Source: Trichoplax adhaerens (lineage: Eukaryota; Animalia; Placozoa). Taken from it: DNA of 64,000 nucleotides. The stretch lies in NCBI RefSeq assembly GCF_000150275.1, contig NW_002060953.1, forward strand, positions 779,693-843,692, written 5' to 3'. The notes beneath the pieces were generated by a model. The model worked only from the letters and a program-made list of their open reading frames with translations, had not been told where the DNA came from and ran no database searches. Both the position numbers and the translations under genes were made by a program. Within the stretch, counting starts at the first letter, position 1. Each line of letters opens with the position of its first letter. Shown here in pieces: positions 26,235 to 41,025 of the stretch.

Positions 26235-29108
26235 ATGTTATCCAATTTCGCAGTTGTGGTACGATGTATAGAGAGCTATCAAAATGTCAGGAGTTGCAGT
26301 GGGGTAGTCATTGATTTTGAACGTGGATTAGTGTTGACGAGTGGCTCCTTACTCTCGTGTCTAATCGATACAAACGCTGCTGATCGGCAAAGTCTTGCCA
26401 CTGTTGATCAGTTAGCTAAAACGTTGAAATTTGAAATTATAGTTAAATTAGAAAACAATCATAGCAAATCTTCATCATTCATGGCCCTTAAATGCCAACT
26501 TCGTAGTCGATGGTATTGTCGCCAGGTGCAAGAAGTATTAGATAATAGCATGCCCAGTCATCGCTGGTCGTTTACTATTCCTCCTGAAAAGCAATGGGAT
26601 AATATGGATGATGGAACCAAAGCTGCAAATACAAATCCGTTAGCTGAAGAGAATCATTCTAATCAGAAAAGTGATCCTTCTGTAATAACCCAATTTCTCC
26701 TCTTACAGATTACTGATACTAATAAAAAGTTTTTAAATAGGTAATCGATTTACTAATATCAGTAGCATTACTGTACATGTCTGCAACATTGGTGATTAAC
26801 GTATTCCAATCGTTGTTCTTCCATCTATACTCTTTAAATGAATATATTAGCTTCCGTAATAAGAATGGCAATTGATATGAAATAATGGATGTAAAATTCT
26901 AATTCATTTTATGCTCACTTCCTTCACTTAGTGATCCAATTGAAATGGCCGATAGACGATTATTGAAACGTGGTGATGTTGTAGAAGTCATTTCCACACC
27001 TTTTGGAGATAGCTATCCTTTGATATTTTACAATAGCTCAACTAAAGGCATAATTTCCAACATTTGCGGCAAAAAAAATCAACTCTTTCTAACTGATGCT
27101 CGATGCTTAGCTGGAAGTGAAGGTGGAGCAGTAGTTTGCAAATTAGCTGGTCAATCCAAGTAAGTTGTAATAGGAACTATAGTATGAATGCTTGTTGTCT
27201 TAATTCTATTGCATAGTATCGTGCGATTAAATAAACACATTACTAAATTCATTTGTACTTAAACATTATTATGAAAGTATCAGATCATAGACGTAAGAGT
27301 ATTTCATTAGTTCCACATATACTGTAGTGCACTATAATCAAATTTTTGAATCAGCTTAGTATGTAGTAGTGGATATTAAATGTAAAGTAGTTTGCTATTA
27401 TAATCGAATTGGCCCACATTGCATCATTTGTAATCTTTTCCATATTACTTTAGGGCTTCTCTTGTTGGCGTTGTTATGTCGCCATTTTGCTTTAAAGACA
27501 CCGAATGGACAGGCTTTACATTAGTAGTACCCATTGATCTTATCCTAACATCACTACCGTCAAAGCATCATCCTTTGGTGCATGATTTTATGGCATTAAA
27601 ATTACCCAATTCAACTCGTAGCAATTTAACACCCAACAGTGATATTTCCTTTTTTGATAAGGTGTCATCTGCAGTTGTTTATATCCAATCTTTATCCTCT
27701 TGGGGATCTGGAGTAGTTATTGACCGTTACAAAGGACTAATTATCACCTGCAGCCATGTTGTCCACCCATGCAATTCCAATTCTGATGATGATTGTAACC
27801 ATGGCGAAAGCGATCGCAAAGGTTATTCAAAGTTTATCTATAGTATCAACACCAGCTTGCATTTATTTTAATAAATTACCCATTTAAATTGATCCATGGC
27901 AACAGTTAAGTTCTTATGCTTGGTCTCATGTTTTCATACGCGTATTATTTATTATTGTTCAATAGTTCGTGTTCTGACGACAAAACCAATTAAACGTTGG
28001 TATAATGCAGTAGTTCTCTATCCTAAACAACACTGCCAAGTCTTGGACGTTGCTGTTATTAAAATATTAGATTTTCTTCCTAGTCAACTATCTTCTATAT
28101 CACTATGCAAAAGTGATTCTGCTATCAGTACTGGTAGTGATATTCTAATTATTGGTTATGGCATGTTTCCTCCGCATACCTACGAAGCCAATGAACCTAC
28201 AGTTACTAGAGGTAGTATAGCCAGCATTTGTCGAATCAATAATAAACCAATGTTAATCCAGGTAATTATACGTCTTGTCTGTCGAAGGATCGATTCACTT
28301 CATGCAAATGTATAACTTAACCTTATACCAGATGATTAGAGTATCGACTTTGCAAAATTGCCAACTAATTTTCGTTCTATATTTTGTATCTAATTTATTC
28401 TTTAACTCATTTAGACATCCGCAGCAATACAATGTGGAACTAGTGGTGGAGCTCTCATTAGCAAAAATACCGGAGAACTTTTAGGTATTACCGTTAGCAA
28501 AGTGAAGTAAGTGAACGTAAACAATACATAGTTACTCGGAAGATGGTTTACCATCATAATAACATTGTTGCTAATGCCTTCAAGAACTTATTGCTATGAT
28601 TTATTCAGAAACGTCAATTCAGGTGGCATCTATACGTATATTAGTTTCTGCATTCCCGTTACAAGAATATATCCTCAGATTGTGAAGTATAATCAAAGTA
28701 AAGGTGAGATCATAGCTTCAATAATGTTTCTATGTGTTACCATGGGCATACGTACATGGACTGTACTTACTGTACAGTATTTGTAACAAATCAACATAAT
28801 TAGGATTTAGATTTTATTTAGATCCCTGACCTATTCTTTAAACTTTCTTTTCAGAGGTATATTATAAAATGTAGAAATCTATTAACGATTGCTAAATCTG
28901 TCTCCTTAGATATTTCAGATTTAAAAATGCTCTCTTATCAGAATGATTCAGCTGTCGGACAACTTTGGCTTATGAAAGCCACGGCAGGTAGGTAGCACAC
29001 AAAATACTACGATTGATTTTATAGCTAACTATCGCCAGCTCGATCTTAGATACACTATGCAAAAAATTCTCTGTGAATATTCTAGTCGGCCACACAAGCA
29101 GACTTTAA
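26235..29108 (+). CDS. TYSND1: Peroxisomal leader peptide-processing protease (trypsin domain-containing 1); 8 exons
   Basis: Two trypsin-like modules: SCSGVV..., STPFG...FYNSSTKGIISN...LTDARCLAGSEGG. Catalytic domain has ITCSHVV, LDVAVIK and IQTSAAIQCGTSGGAL. The last exon (29086-29108) gives ...VGHTSRL*, a PTS1. Confidence 0.93.
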
Positions 29109-29834
29109 TGATATCGTCATGTAGCAGAAGCGAAGTTCTTAAAGGCAGTTACAAGAAATACTGAACATTGGACGTTGTATAAATGAAATTTTATTCGCCA
29201 AAATGGTAACTACTTCGTAATTGGCACATCATACAGACAGAAACATTATCATGTAATGTTATTAAAAACCAAATAATTCAGGTTAATTTATAACTAAACA
29301 CTGTAAATGCCTCATGGTCAAAAACCTAAATAGAGGTGCAGTGAAATGTAATATTTAATTTTATGTAAATCGATTGCGAAGTATATGTCCTACTTAGTGT
29401 ATAGGCAGTCTAATTACTATCGCTTTCGTGCAAAATGTTGTCGCTCAACTTCCTAATGATTAAACTAATACAAACCGGATAACGATTATTTTATATGCTT
29501 TTTAACAAATAGTGAACATTGTGAAAATCTTCTATATTATGAGCTACTCTATCGACTATATTACGGTACGAATTAAGAATTAAGGTACAATTTAATATCT
29601 AGAATTCGCATATCTATACCAATAAGAAATTGGATACTGTGTAGTTAATGTAGCACCAGTAACGGTCGTCAAACCTACATAAACGTAACACTAATACAAT
29701 ATCAAGTTCCATAACTGATCATTGTTGATATAATTTATGTCTAAGTTATAACAATGTAATCTAAGCATACGGGCTATCGCATAGTTAGCAAGAGAATGCT
29801 TATTAGAATCCACTACTTTCTTGCAAGCCCGCAT

Positions 29835-32800
29835 CTACTCCATGTTGGCTTGTACTTCACGAATAGTCGCTGCTGGATCACTCGTTTCATCATCACCGGT
29901 AGCAACTTTCCTATTTTCATCTAAGGCAGCAGCCATAAGGCAGGCGAAGACCGTCATAACCATCTTGGGTTTGACCTCCACCAAATCTTCAGGCAAAGCG
30001 TAGACAGATGCGCCAATTTTCCTCGCCATAGAGATAGCATACTTAGCATTTAATAGTTTCGCTTCCTCTGTTATGCCCAGACAAACATTTTCGTAGTTGA
30101 TTGATTCCGGCTCAATGGATTCGACTAAGTCTATAACAGCTTTACTACTTGAAATTTCTGGGTCTTTAAAACTAGAAATTTTCGTCGATTTTTCAGTGCC
30201 TTCTAAAACGTTGTTAACCCATTCCACTATCTCCTTGTCACTGATAGGTTTTTCACTGTTGGCTAAGCTAGTAAGGATTGTTAGAGTATAGGCACGCATC
30301 ATTTGCCAAATCAGGGCTAAACGTATAACAAATGCATTCAAAAGTTAATCACACCTATCGAGTAAAACTAAATTTTATGATTAAGAAAACAATTATTCTA
30401 AGGTTTACAATAATGATACGAGCAAATACAAGTACCTAAAGTCAAAGTTCTTGTTCCATTATGGATATCTTCGCCACCAATGCCTACTAAACTAAATTTA
30501 AGTTGCAATCCAAGTTCCACAGCATAGTTACAGTTCTCAATTCGCTTCATTTTACCACCTAAAGCCTTAAAAGGTGGTTTGTTTACTCTAGACCAAGATA
30601 CTACGCCAGGCTTGATCTTATCAAAAAGCTACATTATAAGTGCCGTAAAACGTACAATAGATGAATTAGTATTGTTATTATGTAGTACCAAATTTTGAAA
30701 CTATATTTACCTGAAACAATTGCATTGCATCGTCCAAATCACTGAATAAATTGTTAACTGTGGGATCGACACCTAAACTATTCATCCAATTCCTAAAAGC
30801 TGAGAATAGTTGTACAATACATTCAGTCAATGAAGTCAACACAATGTATCGACTGCATGCTGTAAATACTTTTCTCCTCTCTGGTTTCAACGTAAACATC
30901 CAAATCTTCATCAACATCAACTGGCTCGAGAGCAGGAAATGTATTGAATAAGTTGGCTACAAACGCCATATTCAATCTAGCATGTCCAGTAGTAACGTCC
31001 TAAGTTGGTCATATGAGATTGCATATTTTAATATTTCCTTTATGAGTACAGCATATCAATTACATAGTAAACGAAATTTCTTGGCATACTTTCGCGCTAA
31101 CAAATTGACGACAACCAATTTTCTCAGCATCATTCAACATAAGCTCTGCACGCTCACGTAAATTTGACTCCTACACAGCAAAAAGTCAATGAAGCTGAAA
31201 TTGCTTGCAACATGGTAAATGCAATTCAAACCAAGATAATGTTGATATAATGCTTGCAAAAGATAGACACAAACACGAATATGTAATAGAAGGCTATCGT
31301 TAAAGAAAATCATTACCTTTAATGCATCGGTTGTAAGCATAAGCTTAGAAGGAGCAATTTGCTTCAGCAAGATGATGTAACACTCAGAGTCCTAAAATAA
31401 AAATAACGATTAATTATCAATAGGTTTTCTACTAGATCAACATAATTTAAAGCGTCTTACTTTAATGTCACCGCTAAAATTTTTAACACGTCTTGATACA
31501 CCAGCTGCTTCAAGGTGATGGTTGAACCAACGCAAGAGTAATTCCTCAGGTGATAGCTTCAACAAGTCTTGTACAGTTTCATTTTCAAGTAAAAGGCGAG
31601 GTAGTCCAGGACAATCTTTTAAAGTAATTTTAGCAAACAAACCAATCTATAATATAAGAATGCTATATTAGCTCATATTACTTTGTCCAATCCTTCGAGC
31701 GTTTATCAGTTGAGTAATGAACTAGATCCAATGATAAATGCAATGGAAATAGATCAATTACTTAATGGTTTAGGAATTAGGCAATGCTACGAACCCTAAT
31801 GATTTGCCACAAGAGGCCCATGACTAAATGCTCACGACCTGCAATGAGATCTTCTGCTCCAATATTGATGATGTTACAGCCGATGGCTCGTGCACTATTG
31901 ACAACCAACGTTTGGTTGGCGTGCTTACGATAAAGATTTAACTTCTTGAAATTGATGGCACGTTCATCAACGGTATCTTTAACAGATCGGTTGATCATTT
32001 TGCTATAAAAATTTTAAGATAAACAGCATAAATGCAACATACTTGAGAAATCTATAAAAGTATTAAGATCAAGGGAATGATTGAAGATAATTAAAATGAG
32101 ATCTGACGTTAAGTACGGTTAAACGACTATAACTTTGCAAAGTTTTGTATTGATTCTTACATTTCGCTAAAACATAGCAAGAAAAGAATTGGCAATTGAA
32201 AATTGTCTAGCAACACAGTAGGTTAACGAAAAAGCTACCCAACATTGATAAAGATTAAGTCATGCCCGATTAGGTAATAATAAAAAAGTGCAACTGTCAA
32301 TGGGGTATTTCTACATTGTCCCAATGGCTCAATTGATAAACTGCAAGGTTACGCTAAGACAAATTATATAAGATTTCTAAGACAGCAATCGTTTTCTTTC
32401 ATTCGAACTCATAGTGAATTTCCATGACTGTGCAGCATGACTACCGCGACGATGATGCGTGCCTCACTGATTATATCATCATAATATCTATTTCAAATAT
32501 CTAGTATAAGCCGTTATTGCGAGTTGGGAGTCAGGACTCCTATATACTTGTATTTACCATGATTTAATTAGTTGCGGTGCAAAATACAGTCGCTGCAACT
32601 CTGCCGGAAGTTGGTACATCAAGAATACTATGGTAAACTAGAATAATATCGTTCATAGAATCGTTCAATGTATGAGCGTAAAATAATCATTCGAATTTAA
32701 TCTCGACCAATGTCGCAGTCTGATCCAGATTGTTTACATCCAGCTATATAGAATATATTACACTGGCGTTAACAATTTCAGGCTATAGCAAGTCGAAAGA

Positions 32801-35800
32801 GATAGTGAATAATACAATCGATGGTATAAAAGCAATGTTTAACCTTTCTTTCCACGCTTAAACTGAAATCGATTTTATTGCATGGGAACGTCAATCAAGA
32901 ATAACGTATGTCTATTTTTAGTCCCGAGGTATTGAATTCTAAATAAACAGGAAAGTTAACTACAATAACTGCATTTTCTGTTTAAAAATAACTGGTTATT
33001 CTAACTCGGTGTATACAAGTAGTCCGTATGTATGCTACTGTACAAGTGTATATCTACCAGTATACCACATATCCGCAAATGATCATTTGAAGATCTTCAG
33101 TTACTAAAAATTTTACTGCCTTATACACTTCTGTAATTCACTAATAATATTTTAGGACTGATAATATAGTTACTACCAATCCTATCCGTCACTCTTAAAT
33201 TCAATTCTTTAACATATTGTGAATTCACGATTCTTTTTGCAATAACAACGATTAATCTTTTGTTTCCCATGATTAAACAATACTATATTAAATATCTGTA
33301 TACAGTAATCATGATCGGCACAGTTGAAAAGGTTATCCTCTAAATCACTGTTCAAAGACAGACATATGGGGTACCAGACAATATGGAAGGGCAAAAATGA
33401 ATTACTGACAGCGAATACCAATCGAGATTGACTAATTGAATTTGAATTAAAAAATAAGCGTATCGCTGACTTACTTGATTCAGCTACTTTACTCATTCAA
33501 TGAGATTCAATCGTTTTATAGTCGTTTGTAAAGTAAGATATTAATATATTCAAATGGATTAGTTTCAAAGTTAAAAATTAAGAATTACTGTCGATTACAA
33601 ATGGACTATGGGATTCTCTTTTAGTACAGTTAATAACTTTCTGTATCTCCGTGACAATGAGGTGTTGATTAGCACTAGACAGAATGCATCGAACTCGTTG
33701 TATACTTCGCTGAAACGTCTCTGCATATGCATTATAACGATTTCGATGCATTCCGTCTGGGGCTAGTGTTCATTTGCGCTTCACAGTAGAGTAGGGAAGC
33801 TATCAATTCAATATGAAAAGTTGCTTTAATTATCAAAAACTGCTCCTTATTGTACTGCCATGCCATCTAATTTTTTGATCTTTACTATGAAGTTGAAATA
33901 TCGGGGATGCAACTTAAACCATGAGTTTACGTTAACAAAATCTTTTAAAGCAATGTTTTTGTTGATGTCGAAAAGGAACTAACTTGAAATTATGAAAGAA
34001 TTGGACTAGAAAGCAATTCTTGACTGTTGACTAATGTTGCAGAAAGCTATGGCAAAGTTTTTTGCCAGTGCTGTCAATGCACAGACTACTTACCACAAGA
34101 GAATACCGTCCTCGCAACGCTCAAATAATTCATGATTTTCGGGCTCGTGATTTACTGGTAAATAATTATTTCTAACCAAGTAATCATCCTTATTCAATGA
34201 TGTGTTAATCCAATCAACAAAGGCAATATATTCTTCATCGGAGAAAGAATGAGTTGTACCATCGGCAGTAGTTGCACTGCTACCAGTTAATTTCTTAACA
34301 TTCTTACGCGTTTCAACCGCCTTTCGGAAATCTTTAGCAGCTTCGCCTTCCAATACTTTGGTAAATAACTAATATAAATTGAGGAACAGCATGTAGGAAA
34401 AGATGTTAAAGCTTCGAATAGATCATAACGAGGTAATTGTTATCTGATCTTTTCTTAGAAAAATTTGAACTTTTAAATGAAGCTTAATCCTTTGATAGAA
34501 TCGATTCATTTATGATTATTCTACTGATACCGTTAGTGAAAAGATGAGACTGATCAATTTCCATCATTTGGTATCAACATTGCCGTCATGATAGTATTTC
34601 TAAAGTATAGCCGTGAAATCGTCGATTTAAAATGTAAATAACTACCAATGCATACAGCATTGGTTTACTAGTTCCGATGATTGGCAATCATCATCGTCCC
34701 AAGCTCGATTTACATATTACTTAGACACAGTAATCCATATAAGACACGATAAGTAAACATGTACTTAAAAGTTTAAGTTAATTTAATTAAGTCTGCTAGC
34801 AGTATAAATAGGGGGTGACTTAGGATTTACGAAGGCGGTGTAAATGGGTGGTAAGAAAAATAAATCGATAACAGTTTAAATATAGACATTTCTATGTTTC
34901 AATACGGGAGAGATACAAGCACAATCATGTAGAACAAATTTCATCAATAAAAAAGCTACTGGGCAATGTTAGCCATTACTGTACTATGGTATAGATATGA
35001 TGAATGATGATGTATTGATAAGCTGTCGATATTAGTAGTGTCTAAAAAATGGAAAATACACCATAGAGTACTAAGAGCGTCCTTGCAAGATAAGTAAAGC
35101 TATTCAAGTTTATCAGCAATTTGATATAAGATTTCGATCAATCAATTGCATCGATTAAACTTTGATATTTCTGTTGACTGAAACAACAATTACTCATTGG
35201 CCATTCCTAATTAATGTTGCTGATGATGGTGAGAGAGAGAAAGCTTTCATTGAACGGGCAATGACTGTACTAAAAGAGCACATGCTTGTGTCCATTCTAC
35301 TGGACAGGATAATATACAAAAAAAAGTCATTATCCGCGGTGGGGATGAGAGGAAATTACGATGATGATGATGTCACCATATCACTGGTAGGCATCAGCAA
35401 AAAATGTTGTGGTTAAGGTTTTAAAAAAAAAATGGTAAGAATAAAATGAGTATAGTGCTACACAATCTTACCTGTACAAATTCATCAAATTCGATTGTGC
35501 CATTCTCATCTTTGTCAATCGATTCGATCATTTCACGCAATTTGTAACCAGGCGTAGGCTTACCACAAGCTTTCATAACATTACTCAATTCTTTGACCGT
35601 GATATGGCCATTTCCATCTTGGTCGAACTAAATATAGGCCAAAAAAAAAGAAGAATTATTGTCTAGTGGAAATGTTGGCAGGATATTTCTTGACATCTTT
35701 TAGGACTGAGATTTGCTGACTTAGAATAGAGACAATTAGCCATTATGGTTATGCAAATGATGTCTTCAAATACAATCATGTTTTTGGTGACAACGATAAT

Positions 35801-36727
35801 ATAGTACTGTACAGTACTATTGAACGTTTTTCCATGATGACTAAAACGATCAACGGTAGAATGGCGATTTTTCTTGGTGAAGTCGCTGATTCCATAATAG
35901 TGTGGCAATTCTATGTATGTACATTATCATCCTAGCTTAGAATTTAAGAATGTGACAAGAAAAAAATGCTCAAGGAATAGTGAAAAGTGACCATGAAGTT
36001 TCATGATCTTGATGAGAAAGTGGGTTGGAAAATGCGCAAGTCATCAAGTGATATCTAGTCTATGGTGGTAACATGAACAAGACTGCAATAAGTAGTCTAT
36101 AGAATAACTTGTTATGGCTATTTTTCGACACGAAATCTATTTCTAATTCTACTCATTTTGACTAACCATTATCCACCTTGTATACAGTGACAAAAAAATC
36201 CATGAAGAAAACTAATTTTTTCCCCTAGAAAGGTCCGACTTAGCAATGAAAAATGGTTGTACAACCTACTACTCTTGCCCGATAGCTACTCATCCTTTCT
36301 AATTCTTTCTAGTCAGCAAGATAGAAATTCAGTACATTATGCCATTGCTTCTATTCCTATTTCAGCCATGATTTTAACGCTACTGTAGTATTCATTTTCA
36401 CTCTTTGAAATGCAGCCGCCATTTTTTCAGTAATGCAGTGAAGTTCAATCAAAAGTGCGTCAACTATACTATGCTACATACACAGCATGAACGACAAGTT
36501 GTTGAATGACGCGTTTCAACACACAGACACGAGAAGACGATAACAAGGCACGCAGGTTAATTACACTTTAATAATTGTATCCATTCCTAGTAGGATCGTC
36601 TAATCAAATAGCAATTGTAGATTCGTTGTAAGGATAGTGCTATTGAAATTAGGTTTAAATTTACCGCAGTAAACTGCTCTCGAGCATCATTGACTTGATC
36701 TTCAGTGAGCTTAACTTCAGTGGCCAT
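29835..36727 (-). CDS. PLS: Plastin/fimbrin paralog 1 (2 EF-hands + 4 CH domains); 11 exons
   Basis: [21 protein letters not shown]|FDQDGNGHI...[14 protein letters not shown], then [25 protein letters not shown]...IGAEDL...[39 protein letters not shown], and [36 protein letters not shown]. Confidence 0.96.
33670..33765. repeat. Imperfect inverted repeat (~33-bp arms, ~30-nt loop) in plastin-1 intron 3; possible MITE remnant or hairpin
   Basis: Left arm tagcactagacagaatgcatcgaactcgttgta versus reverse complement of right arm tagccccagacggaatgcatcgaaatcgttata. Confidence 0.8.
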
Positions 36728-36808
36728 GATCAAAGGGCGTTGCAACGTTGCACTGACACAGCTTAGAGAGTCAACTGAACAGATGGGTGTCAACCTGGAC
36801 TGCTTCAC

Positions 36809-36823
36809 TTTATATATGACTCA
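36809..36823 (-). promoter_or_regulatory. TATA box directly adjacent to an AP-1-type site upstream of plastin 1
   Basis: Minus strand TGAGTCA-TATATAAA, about 82 nt upstream of the ATG. Plastin 2 has TATATAAA at a similar distance (~87 nt). Confidence 0.55.
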
Positions 36824-39800
36824 TTCTCCCTTTCAGGCTTCACCCCCCCCCGGCACGGACGACCGGACGACTGGTACTGTTCGCTCAGTGTTCACTCACG
36901 GTTCAGTGGAATGGCGTGGAAACATGGATAGAACTACGTCAGTAAATTTCCTCTTGGAAATTTCTGTCCAAGATGGCTTAGTCTATTTGCATAGGACTGC
37001 TAGAAATCACATTTCCTTTTCATGTAATAGTCGTTGAGCCGTGTATCTATATAGCTAGGTTTCAAATTCTTCTGTGTCTCTCAAAAAGGATACCATCTCA
37101 AGGAGAGTAGAAGAAAGTGGCAGCGTTTATCCGATATGCCCAAAGCGGTGTACCGTACATGAATGCATGTACCTGACTGATGGACACTGTATAGGCACGA
37201 TTGCTTACATTAAACACTATATAGCATTGACTATCGCATAGACTTTACGTTAGTCATTGGATCTTCACCTCTAAAATATATCGTCAAAGCAAAGAGAGAA
37301 CGACTGTTGAGCAAAATGGTCAGCCATAACATTTTTGGCTATATCAATCGTTAACAGCCCTTCTCTCTTTCTTGTAGTAGTCCCTGGCCATATTCAGAGC
37401 TCCGAGTAGTCTATGGTACAGTGAACAAGCGCAGGGGCCACTCAATGAAATAGTAGTGAGCCAAATCTTCCCTTTCCTCCTTCACTCTTGCCCTGTCATT
37501 CCACCATAGGAACTGACTATCGATTCTATCGCTACTGTGCAATATTCATTTGGGTGCTTTAATCCTGTTCATCACATTCATGACAGTCGTTTAGGGAGTA
37601 TCGATGAGTGTGGTTAGTAAATTATGCTTGATATTGATTACTAGCTGACCATTTGTCCTGTACGGTCATGCATTCCAATGGAAGTGCAAAAGGACAGTCT
37701 CATAATTTACTCTAAAGCAAAAGCTTCTGCAATCTCTTCTACGTTACCCCGTGAGGCTCATTGCACACTAAATTGAAATCCATCATTAGACTGTGTTGTA
37801 TAAAATTCTCGAGTTACTACGGTAACTTTGTGCTCATGCCGAGATATCCGATTACTGGTACTATTGTTTCGGCTATAAGAATTAATTAAATGTAGAGTAC
37901 AGTCTTGATTGGTCTACTTGTGTCAATATGCTTTTCCTTTCTACATCACAAACCAATATCAAGCAAGCAGACTAAGCTAAGGCACTTAAGTTATTTTCAG
38001 TCAGTCAATAGAGCTCCGTTTAGCTTATATCGTATAAGTCATAGGCATCCTACTTTAATTATGAATCGACTTCTACTGGTGTCTTTAGTATCGGTAATTG
38101 CGACATTTCCAGGACTTGTAGCACCCCTTGATGGCCATCATTAATTGATATTAGCAAATGACTATGATAATGCTATGCTATAGAATGAAAGAATGAATGT
38201 ACTGTTCGTTTGTGAGCTATAGTTTGCATGGAATGATAGACAGTAATACTAATGAAATCATTAGTTGTTTCTTACAAGCGGGTAAGTTACACTCTTGATA
38301 TCGGCAGCAAAAAAAGTAAACAAATTTCTAGTATCGTCCATCGATCCACGCTTGGACACAATTCAGTGAAATAAAAGAGTGGTGTAGTCCATTATTTACT
38401 AGAGAAAAACTTCACGATAAGTGACAACATTGAAGAATATTACGAAATGTTTCTTATCAATTAGATTTGGACGTAGAAATCAAGGTTGATCGATGACGTT
38501 TATGCCTGCGGCATTTAATAATAACAAGACATCTCCTTTGCTTTCAGCTTTATCTTGCCTTCGAGACCTTTCAGTAAAATAGAAGAAACAATGGAGCCAA
38601 TTTGTCAGCTCTGCCTCGTATAGAATAATAAGCAGCAATATTTTAAAGATAAACTTAGCCATTTCTTACTAATTCAAATGTTAATCATATTTGCAGGATG
38701 ATCGATGGTGTCTACTATTGCAAGCATACTATATACCATAGAAGGCGAATACGTATTTTTAATATCGTTATTAATATCTTTCTTTGGCATTAGACTCATA
38801 TAGCAATACTGGTGGAACCCTCTTGCTTTGAAGCGAGCGTTCACGATTCCATAATCCTTCCTTTACTGAAGCTACACCTATAAAAGTATTCAGTACTCTC
38901 TCTCTCTCTCTTGATATATAACTATATATAACATACATTCGCATAATTTTATTGATTTTAGTTCTCTGGCTATCTACTTGTGTCTGATTATTATCTATTG
39001 TAATCATATACAACAGAATGCTATAAACTCGAAATTTTATTTTATTACTTACCCTGGAGACTGGATAGACACTACTAATACATACTAATGAGAAGATAGT
39101 CTTTTAATTACGGTAACATTGAATTTCCGAGAAATTCAGATTCTTACCGTAAGACTTTGGTTTATTCGAACTGTAGTGTGATAAGTTTTTAAGCATGCAA
39201 GTACCCTAGCATTGATGTACAAATAAATGATTTTTCCTACTATATCAAGATGGAATTGATTATTAAAATTTTATTTTTGCCGAAACAGGAGCTAATCTTT
39301 TACTTTGAGTAAAATGATATAATCCAAAAAAAAACAGAGGGTATAGATGATGATGACCGTAAGCATCAATCACTAGAAACAAATTAGTAATGAATAAGTA
39401 ATATTTTTAGTGATACACGCCATAATACCGAAATCGAAGATGGAGTAATAAGTTGTTATAGTTATGTCTTGGCGGAAGCTGACTAGTGAATCAAACTATC
39501 TCTGTATTACGCATTGAACGATATAAGAATTGCCGATCATATTTGATTTTAGCTAGGAATACCTTGGTTAAGATGTTAATGTTAGCTGCGTATACAATAC
39601 ATACAAGAAAGGAATTGTTATGATTACTAAATAATTTATTTTGTCATCATTTATCATCGCAATATTGCTCAGGATTTCGATAGCCCTGTATGGTTAGATT
39701 TTAGACCTCATATCATCGTCTAAAACAAGATGAAATACCTATTTATAGATTTCGAATTTTTTTTCCTTTCATTTTGATAAAATATTGAAGTAAATTTGCT

Positions 39801-41025
39801 GCACAGCTTACCAGTGATAGCGATATAATGCAGTATAGCATAGAGTTATCACATGCAATAAGTAAAGAATGTACATAAAATATTTCTCCTTTCTTTTAAC
39901 TTACTAAGCGTAGATAATAATCATTACTATATGGGCGTATATGAATAAAGTTAAACTATACTCGTATACGTAACCCAGTTGATAGTTTTATATAACATTA
40001 CTGTACAAAGATGTCGTTAGATTATTCACTTTATGCATGTTTGTGGGAGTGTATTTGCCTTACTACACAAATAAAAGTTCACATGATACTACTAAAAGTA
40101 TTTCATATTCATACTGATTAGTCCTAGTTGAAATATTGAGCCATTTATAAGATACATTGTAGTGTAGGTTATAAGTTATCTACATCTGAAATATTAGAGT
40201 TTTAGTTTTGATGTGAGAGTGTAAATTGCACGTAAATTAATACTGTGCGATAACAGGAAAGTAATTTTTTATTTTTAATTACTTATAGCTAAGCTATAGT
40301 ATAGTCTAATAAACTACGTGAAATCTACTGGCTACACAAAAGCTAACGGTCTTTGTCGGTAGACTTGGTCTGGTTCTTCATTCTAAAGCTTCAGAAAATC
40401 ACTAAAAAGGATATAATCAATTTATAAACGAATTATTCCACTCTATAACAATGACCAAATCAAGGGAAATTGCTAGACCATGATCATACCTTTGTATCAC
40501 TATAATAAATATCGTAATCGTTCTGTCAAGGTTGATACATAGAAATGGTAAAGTTAATTAAAGAGATTAATCTATTGCTAAAAGTAGCCAATGATTTTTT
40601 AGCAAGATATATTCTTTAAATAAAAAACATAGCTTAGCATTAGCTCAAATTTACTATCTCTAATTAAATATTAATGATTTCTTTTCAATTCGTTAGACAA
40701 TACAGGAATGTCAGAAGACACACCCGTATTTAATTTCAGATAAAATACCCACATATCCTATCGATTTCATTCGTCGAAATATAACAGTTAAATAAATAAA
40801 TCGTTATTACCTTATTATATCAACGTTACGCCCTTAGTTTTATTAACTGTAAACTGGCAATAAAAGGCTACCACATCAATTGCTTTGGCTCGTGATGCAT
40901 GGTATATCATCACTTGATATAGAAAGTTATAAAAGACCCAGACTTTCTTTATTCTTGATATTTCAGTTCTCGTCAATTGTAGGTTTTAAATAAAAGTTAC
41001 TAAATAATCATTAAATTTAGCAAAG

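Noticed and set aside
29821-30951. Plus-strand ORFs antisense to plastin exons (similar ones at 6181, 7912, 11269, 52823)
   Set aside because: Shadow ORFs of real coding exons on the opposite strand.
38061-38662. Short ORFs with hydrophobic starts (MNRLLLVSLV..., MAKFIFKILLLIIL...) in the plastin-1/receptor spacer
   Set aside because: No recognisable domain or convincing exon chain; hydrophobic runs are expected in AT-rich DNA.
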